Source of the DNA: Vitrella brassicaformis CCMP3155
Lineage: Eukaryota > Protista > Chromerida
Direction of reading: 5' to 3'
Assembly: GCA_001179505.1 (NCBI GenBank)
Contig: CDMY01001034.1
Coordinates: 1 to 5,574 of the forward strand
Length of the DNA stretch: 5,574 bases
Part shown: in pieces, positions 1 through 5,574 of the stretch
Layout: the number at the start of each line of letters is the position of its first letter
How positions within the stretch are numbered: position 1 is the stretch's first letter
The notes under the pieces: model-generated
Databases searched by the model: none
Told to the model about the DNA's origin: nothing
What the model saw: the letters and a program-made list of their open reading frames with translations, nothing else
Program-made: the position numbers and the translations under genes

Positions 1-302
1 AACCACTACGTGAAATCACTGGTGAGCTTCGACTGTGGAAACTGACATATAAATAGACAAAGTATGGTGACGGAGCCCAGAAGAATACATATGGTGGCAA
101 AACAGCCAAATAGAGACATGCAGTCCCGGGCCACAAGAAAGTGCGCCCTTTGAGTGAAAATGACCACAACTCCAAAGCCCAGGTGGCTCTTGAAACTTCG
201 AACCCGGTTACACATGTGATCCACGGGATACCACAGCATCCAGGCGCAAAAGGAAACACAAAAGGAAGCAACCAACAGGCACTCCATCCGTCCACACACA
301 CA

Positions 303-570
303 GTCAAGACGAAAAATGGACGTTATCAGTGTTGACAGAGTGAAGATCTCTGGACAATAGAAAACGCTGAAAGAGTTCTCTCACCGGGAAGATGCTCTAT
401 GGACAATTCTCAGTGAGTGAAGGTAGAAATTGCCTGTTAGGTTCCTTTCGTACCCTCCTTCTCCCGTCTCCCCCTCCCAGCTGCCAGGCCGATAAAGCAG
501 GAAGTCCCATACAACAAAAAAGAGTAGTCGAAAGTACTTCCAGTCACTCACGTGTCAAGACGAAAAATGG
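303..570. repeat. 17-bp exact direct repeat pair GTCAAGACGAAAAATGG
   Basis: Copies at 303-319 and 554-570 (251 bp apart), each preceded by a similar cacacaca / cactcacgt stretch. Confidence 0.9.
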
Positions 571-848
571 TGAGCAGGACCATGCATAAGATATAGAAAA
601 CAAACATTAGAAAGAAGGGCAATCATATGCGACCAGACAGCCGGCGACGGTTCTTGGCCATAGGACACACCCCTAGCGAAAAGGATTGGGAGCTAGGCCA
701 GCCAAGGAAGCCACACATGAAAATATAGAGCCGACATGTTCACAGCATTCCAACGAAAGCGTGACAGACCACAGAAAATGGCAGGCGAAAAAGGGATGAT
801 CCAAGAGAGAAGTAGGAACCAGTTATGCTTCTTATCCTTCTTTTGCTT

Positions 849-3136
849 CTAGTCCTTCTTCTTTTCCTTGTCCTCCTTTTGCTTCATATGCTCCTCCACC
901 ATCTGCTTGAGGCCAACTTGCACAGGCCTTCTTCTCGGGCTTCTCAGCGCTTCTCGTTCCTCTTCCATTGCCTCCTCTGTTGGCGCGCAGCCTAGGTTTT
1001 CATCAGCCTAGAAGCAGATGAAACAACATGCATGTTCTTCCTGTATTCACGTAATGATTTGGAAGAACTCACTGCGGCAGTGCAGCTGAAGAAGGGGCTC
1101 GTATCGAGATTTTTGTTTCTTACGAACGACTGGCCTCTCACTTTAATTTTGCCCTCGCCGCCCTCCGTGCCGACATAGAGGAACAAAGACCCTCTCTTTT
1201 CTAACTCTTCCAACGCGTCGAAGTCGGCGCGGCTAAGGCTACAGACATATCGACCGTTGAGCCAAGATACACAAATGTGGACGGACGCGAGACCTACCAG
1301 CACGAGGCGACGTTGACCGACGGAAAGTCCCCGTCCGGCTGCACAGAAGCCGCGAATGTGCTGTACCTTGCCGCAATACCGTCAAGATCAAAGATGTTTG
1401 GGCCTGTGGGAGGGCAGGTGCCTGGCAGGAACACACAAGGCAATGTAGGATGAAGCCTGGCAGGAACGTGCGCATGACTCACCAGTGCAGCACTCTTTGT
1501 TGCTGAAGCCGTAGACGATCGACTCACAGAACTGAAAACATGACAGGCTGTGTATGCAAAAGAACGACCATTCTTCAATCGTATTGCCCTCCTTACCTCC
1601 TGGCTATTTTCAGGTATTTCTTTGCAGAGGATCTGACATCAAAACGATTGCTGTGGCACTTGGTTCCTCTGTTGCTTTGCTTGGCCTACCTCCCATTGAA
1701 TGTCGACGACCATGTTGTCGTCATTTCTCGGCAAAAAGGCCTCCGCGACATCTCTGAGCTCACCATCTTTGCGTACGAGGCCTGACTGTCGGATGATAAC
1801 GACATCCGTCACTTTATTCGAGAACGCCGGCAACGTCTTGTCACCAAGCAACAGGTCCAGAATATCTATATCACAAAACCGAAAAATGGCTCACCATACA
1901 TGCCACAAAACCATACCGGATCGCTCACCAGTGCCACATACGGTATCTTCGTCATTGGGCGAAGGCTCCTGTTCCGGGAACTCCCCCGGAAACAGATAGG
2001 TGGTTCTTGTGTCGACGTAATCTTGACAGCACATAATCCAGTGAACAAAAGAAAGATGGAAACGAAGAAATGTCCGCGCATGTACGTACCTCGCAATTTG
2101 CCCTTTGTGTCGTCGTCGAAGACAAATGTATACGCATCACCGCAATCTTGGGTCGTTTCATCACACGGCGGGACAGGGAACTCATCCTGTGCGCGGCTAG
2201 TCGTCACCTTGGGGCTGAGAATGTCGATGAGTGCATCCTTCTCTATAGTGACAGAGTCCGGGCACGTTAACTACAATCAAGAGGACAAGAAATGACCGTC
2301 GTCGAGAAGATGACCGTCTGAGAAGCAGTATAGCTCACCTTTGTCGTCCCAGAGTCTTCCTCAGACGGATTCAACAAGGCATCGGTCATCTAAAGAAAGA
2401 TATCACTACCACAATCAATCACTTGCAGCTATATTCTTTCGTGTCTTACCAGCTGCTCTTCGCGCCCCTCGTCGCCCAAGGGGCATTCTGCAACAGGAGA
2501 CACAACGTAGCACATGGCAACACAGACATGTGCCAACTTTGGGGCTCAGACTTTTATCCTTACTCGAGAAGAAGCACTGCTCGCCGTCAACCGGTTCCTC
2601 CGTAAAACAACAACGGGCTTTCTCACAACGTTCTTGCAGCGGTTTTCCGTCGTCATCGTCTAAAGAAGGTGAACAAAGCAGGGAAATTGTACTCTTGTGT
2701 CTCCCTCTTCCTCCCCCTCCCCCTTACCGTCGTCATCATCGTCGTCATCCTGAAGGCGTCGCTTCATGGCAGAATTATCCCTGAGACGCCGGCGGCGGCG
2801 GTCATCATCGTCATCGTCATTGTCATCGTCATTGTCATCGTCATTGTCATCGTCATTGTCATCGTCATTGTCATCGTCATTGTCATCGTCATCGTCGATT
2901 GGGGTGCAAACGCGTGCCGGGTCCGTGGCAGGACCGAAGTCTGGGAATTCTTCAGTGTCGCAGTAGCCAGTCTCAGGCGTAGGCATCCTGGGGGGAGGCG
3001 GAGCTCCACAGCCTTCCCCGTCACATTGTCTCTTAAACTGTCTTCCTTCCTCATCTCTTGTGCCCTGTGCTCCTACCAGGGGGAGCACCACAGCGAAGAG
3101 GATGAGGAACGCGGATAAGCAAATCGCCGGTTGCAT
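849..3136 (-). CDS. Complete 12-exon gene; 519-aa secreted acidic Cys-rich protein with Asp-rich repeat and probable CHRD-like domain
   Basis: Exons (minus strand): 3136-2728, 2659-2564, 2487-2450, 2389-2339, 2270-2090, 2021-1929, 1865-1690, 1632-1597, 1531-1483, 1403-1298, 1238-1073, 1007-849. All 11 introns are GT..AG (68,76,60,68,68,63,57,65,79,59,65 nt) and every junction phase matches, giving 1560 nt with no internal stop, from aaaATG to TAG. Translation: MQPAICLSAFLILFAVVLPLVGAQ...RVCTPI(D/N)32RRRRRLRDNSAMKRRLQ(D)11GKPLQERCEKARCCFTEEPVDGEQCFFSKCPLGDEGREEQLMTDALLNPSEEDSGTTKLTCPDSVTIEKDALIDILSPKVTTSRAQDEFPVPPCDETTQDCGDAYTFVFDDDTKGKLRDYVDTRTTYLFPGEFPEQEPSPNDEDTVCGTDILDLLLGDKTLPAFSNKVTDVVIIRQSGLVRKDGELRDVAEAFLPRNDDNMVVDIQWEILCKEIPENSQEFCESIVYGFSNKECCTGPNIFDLDGIAARYSTFAASVQPDGDFPSVNVASCCLSRADFDALEELEKRGSLFLYVGTEGGEGKIKVRGQSFVRNKNLDTSPFFSCTAAADENLGCAPTEEAMEEEREALRSPRRRPVQVGLKQMVEEHMKQKEDKEKKKD*. 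Confidence 0.92.
1124..2219 (-). other. Putative degenerate CHRD-like domain (aa ~216-450) spread over exons 5-11
   Basis: By-eye match to the CHRD consensus in the correct order: SRAQDEFPVPPCDETTQDCGDAYTFVFDDDTKGKLRDY (cf. sGaqEvPpv.s.asG.a.l.ld.dtg.L.y), KVTDVVII (cf. iTaaHIH), NMVVDI (cf. GpVVv.l) and LSRADFDALEELEKRGSLFLYVGTEGGEGKIKVRGQ (cf. Lt.eql.al..G.lYvnvHT...p.GeiRGq). No HMM was run. Confidence 0.5.
2801..2896 (-). repeat. Coding tandem repeat encoding a 32-aa Asp/Asn tract (aa 81-112), (DDDN)6
   Basis: Six perfect 12-nt copies of gtcattgtcatc (plus strand 2816-2887), flanked by degenerate gtc/atc triplets. Confidence 0.97.
3068..3136 (-). other. Signal peptide coding segment (aa 1-23)
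   Basis: MQPAICLSAFLILFAVVLPLVGA|Q has a ~15-aa hydrophobic core followed by a V-G-A (-3,-1) cleavage pattern and a polar mature N-terminus. Confidence 0.85.
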
Positions 3137-3249
3137 TTTCGAGCTGCCTTTGAGCTTTTAGAATTCGGCGTTACCACGACGTTATCCAATTCTAACGGCT
3201 TCGCTACGCCAGTGAAATGGAAAAATGGAAAAGAAAAATCGATTGTCTC

Positions 3250-3339
3250 TGAGGCTCATTGAGAGTGAACTGTTGCAGGGGGCCTGAAATGAGGCCATGG
3301 AATTTATCAACGCTGCTTCTGCAATGAGGCCTCATTTCA
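3250..3339. promoter_or_regulatory. Palindrome/inverted-repeat cluster upstream of the 12-exon gene; candidate cis-element
   Basis: Perfect 14-bp palindrome AATGAGGCCTCATT (3323-3336), 12-bp inverted pair TGAAATGAGGCC (3285-3296) / GGCCTCATTTCA (3328-3339), and a related TGAGGCTCATT (3250-3260), all 114-203 bp upstream of the ATG at 3136. The motifs are seen directly; the function is inferred. Confidence 0.35.
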
Positions 3340-3864
3340 ACAGCATGGCAGCTGCTGACCAGTCGCCCACTGGGTCCTACGCCTTCAGCCCACAAGAGAA
3401 GACAAGCAGACCCTGGCTTTGTCTCCGTCTCTCCTCTGTTTTTTACAAGGTGTCCTGTCGGTGTCTGGAGTATGCAGTCACTGCATAATAGATATCATCC
3501 CCTCGCTCTGCACCAATGCGAGTATGGTGGGAGACGCACATGCATAGGGCCAGCCGGCCCCACAGCCCCGACGACCAGAGGGGGTGTGGCGGCCGGCTGG
3601 CTTCCTGCATCACCATACGGCGTCTCCATCTTCTCATCTGTGTCGCATTATGAAGGAGTTCAAGGAGATAGAGACAGAAGGGTAAGAAGGACTTGCGCAT
3701 ATGCGTGTTCTCATTTGGGCCCCGTTTTTTCACAACTGTAGCCGTAAGCGCCTATCTGTAGCCGTCGCAGCCGATGCTGGCCTTCGTGCTCCTCTGTGCT
3801 CTCCTTGAATGCATACATATGTACCGTGAATCAATGACACAACAATTGCTGCGTCACGCTGGCC

Positions 3865-3894
3865 TTCTGAAACTCACGGTTCTGACACTCACGG
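3865..3894. repeat. 15-bp tandem duplication (one mismatch)
   Basis: ttctgaaactcacgg followed by ttctgacactcacgg, then (ccaaac)2 at 3895-3906. Confidence 0.85.
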
Positions 3895-4186
3895 CCAAAC
3901 CCAAACCCTGGAGTTCCCTTCCTAGGTTATTAGAGTGTCGGTAATTATGGAGGCAGCGGTCCCTCCACAAAAAAGGACAGAAAAAGGTCGGTCTCGTTCC
4001 GCCTTGCTGTTGGTCTTTGTAGGGTCGCTGGGCGTGTTCCTTATGTCGTCCGTTGTGTCTCCGTCTCTGTGTCTGCATGGATGGTGGAGTTCGTCCCTCA
4101 GAGGCATTCTCAGCCGCTGTGCCTCATCTACTTCACTTCATCCATGTGGCCAACAATACACAAGAGACCAACACTCATCGATTGGG

Positions 4187-5574
4187 TCAGTGTGGCGCAC
4201 CGACTGGATCACGCAAGATCCTTTTATCAACCATCGATTCGATATCTTGTTGGTCGGGCTCGTCCGTCAACTTCCATTGCACCCCCTCATCTTGAACCGG
4301 CGTATTGAGGTAGCCCTCCTCCTGCATCATCTCCACCACTCCCCTGAAGGCCGAGCTCCCTTGCCTCCGCAGACACCAGGTCTTCAACTACACGCCATAC
4401 AGAGGTTTTTTCCTTCGAGCGTGACGAGTTTGCGTCACCTACCTGTTGCCACGTGTATCCAGGCCCTTTTTCCTCCCCTGGATAGACGAAATTTCCAAAG
4501 CTAAACTCGTCCACAATCTTGTTTGCTGCCTCGATACACCGACCCTGCTCGTCAGTCACAAAATGAATGGCGTATGACTTATCTCTCGAGTTTGCGATAC
4601 GTCAACGACCTACCCGGGCCTCCGGCCTGATGTTCTGCTTCTGTACCGGTTGTCCCGGGGGCTTGCTGCCGTCTGTCTGTTTCTTCACGACTCGACCACT
4701 GCAACGTCACACACCACCCCAGTCACACACCGGCACCGTGCATCTTGACCTACATTCATTCGCTCACCTTTTGGCCTGCACCCCCCCTGGCACTCCTCCA
4801 GACGGCGAGTCCTCTCCACCAATCACGGCTTGAACCATCTTGGGCGACTGCAGCGGACTCTTTCCTCCCTTTTTTTATCACAGCGTGGCCTCTGCGACGC
4901 ACACACCACTCCATGCGATCAGGGTTACTCATACTCGGTAGGGCGTAGACAGGCGTAGATTTCCTCGAGATCCCGAAAATCGGCAGCTTCATCGACTGCC
5001 ATTTCTTCCATTCCGCCTGCAGCGGACACCGACAGCTTGATCAGACCACAGGCATGAACACATGTCTGGGTGCCCCAATTGCATACCATGGTCTCACGGT
5101 CCGTCAGGCTGACCGACTAAACCTTGTACCCTTTCTGTTGCAGCCAGGGCTGTATGTTCTGGAACTCCTCGGCCTGCATGGATTGTTCAGCCACATGGAG
5201 GAAGCTCGATCTCAGATAAGAGACTCCTCCGGTATCTATTCAACAGAAGTTTCACTGCCACTCAAAGGTCCTTGCCAAACTTCGTGTCTCACACACGCAA
5301 TCGACTGTCCCTCCTCGTGTGAAATGTAATGGCTGCGTCTGACTGGGCGCATCTCACAAAGTGACAACGAAAGACTTGTAAGAGCGCCTGCCTGCCTGCC
5401 TACAGCTCAGAAGCTCATGCCCTGGGCACGACAAGCAGCCGCAGCTGTCGATTATGTGTCGCGATGCGGGGGAGGCATACACTGATGACTTGTCTCTAAA
5501 CGGAAAATGACCAAAATCACAATAGCAAGAGCACAGCACCTACCCAACTTCCCCTCGCCCCCCCCCCCCCCCCC
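4187..5574 (-). CDS. Multi-exon hypothetical protein, 5'-partial, 3' end unresolved
   Basis: In-phase exons: (5574)-5544, 5495-5404, 5342-5295, 5235-5123, 5016-4903, 4847-4768, 4698-4614, 4544-4443, 4387-4201. GT-AG introns are 48,61,59,106,55,69,69,55 nt. Translation: GDKSSVYASPASRHIIDSCGCLSCPGHELLSFRRSHYISHEEGQSIAYTGGVSYLRSSFLHVAEQSMQAEEFQNIQPWLQQKGYKAEWKKWQSMKLPIFGISRKSTPVYALPSMSNPDRMEWCSPKMVQAVIGGEDSPSGGVPGGVQAKSGRVVKKQTDGSKPPGQPVQKQNIRPEARGRCIEAANKIVDEFSFGNFVYPGEEKGPGYTWQQLKTWCLRRQGSSAFRGVVEMMQEEGYLNTPVQDEGVQWKLTDEPDQQDIESMVDKRILRDPV... The four exons from 4847 to 4201 are well supported; the upstream ones less so. Without further splicing it ends GAPH* at 4187. No family recognised. Confidence 0.68.
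5558..5574. repeat. Homopolymer C17 at the window edge
   Basis: 17 consecutive C residues running to the last base. Confidence 0.95.

Noticed and set aside
6-299. 97-aa hydrophobic minus-strand ORF
   Set aside because: T-rich UTR or intergenic sequence translates as F/L/V/C by default; it begins with GTG and has no splice support.
2341-2784. 147-aa plus-strand ORF
   Set aside because: It is antisense to exons 1-4 of gene 1 and has low-complexity S/R-rich shadow composition.
2816-2887. Regular short repeats as a possible CRISPR array
   Set aside because: The 12-nt units are head-to-tail with no spacers, lie inside a eukaryotic exon, and have no cas genes nearby.
2669-3118. 149-aa plus-strand ORF with a (VI)n hydrophobic run, plus the (MT)n and (SSSL)n ORFs
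   Set aside because: These are antisense or alternative-frame shadows of the stop-free Asp repeat; only the DDDN frame has a signal peptide and splices onward.
3895-3908. (CCAAAC)2 as an interstitial telomeric repeat
   Set aside because: Only about two copies are present and they do not match TTAGGG/TTTAGGG-type units.
3935-4504. Longest ORF in the track (189 aa, plus strand)
   Set aside because: It is antisense to well-supported exons of gene 2, begins with GTG and has no protein-like features.
4848-4935. Pseudogene model for gene 2 with TGA-TAA double stop (43-nt intron, KATL**KKGGKSPLQSPK), and the alternative frame GMEEMAVDEAADFRDLEEIY
   Set aside because: A 55-nt GTGCGT..CAG intron (4902-4848) removes both stops and keeps phase. 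The alternative frame could not be joined in phase to the downstream exons.
849-5119. UAG reassignment (non-standard genetic code), prompted by two suspicious TAGs
   Set aside because: The 519 codons of gene 1 contain no internal TAG while CAG and CAA are used freely, and reading through both downstream TAGs gives non-protein-like UTR sequence.
5558-5574. C17 run as a telomere or element terminus
   Set aside because: It is a plain homopolymer cut by the window edge with no telomeric unit or inverted partner; it may be a contig-end artefact or Gly codons.

Overview
Eukaryotic, intron-rich genomic DNA of roughly 50% GC by eye. No prokaryotic features, rRNA, tRNA, CRISPR array or recognisable transposon were found. 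The ORF track is misleading because its short minus-strand ORFs are exons separated by ~50-80-nt GT-AG introns. Splicing by hand gives two genes. (1) A complete 12-exon minus-strand gene (3136->849, 1560 nt CDS, 519 aa) encoding a secreted, acidic, Cys-rich protein. It has a signal peptide, a (DDDN)6 repeat, two RxLxD motifs (RRLRD, RRLQD), a probable degenerate CHRD-like domain and a Lys/Glu-rich tail. (2) A 5'-truncated, tandemly oriented minus-strand gene of unknown function with at least 8 in-phase exons (5495->4201, ~274 codons) and an unresolved 3' end. The very short introns with GTGAG/GTAAG/GTAGG/GTGCG donors suggest an alveolate-like protist such as a chromerid (Vitrella-like) or perkinsid, but this is inference only. 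The best leads are the export/processing-like motifs, the His-less CHRD-like fold, and a TAG stop sitting inside a lysine repeat that continues in frame. All family assignments are by eye; no database search was run.
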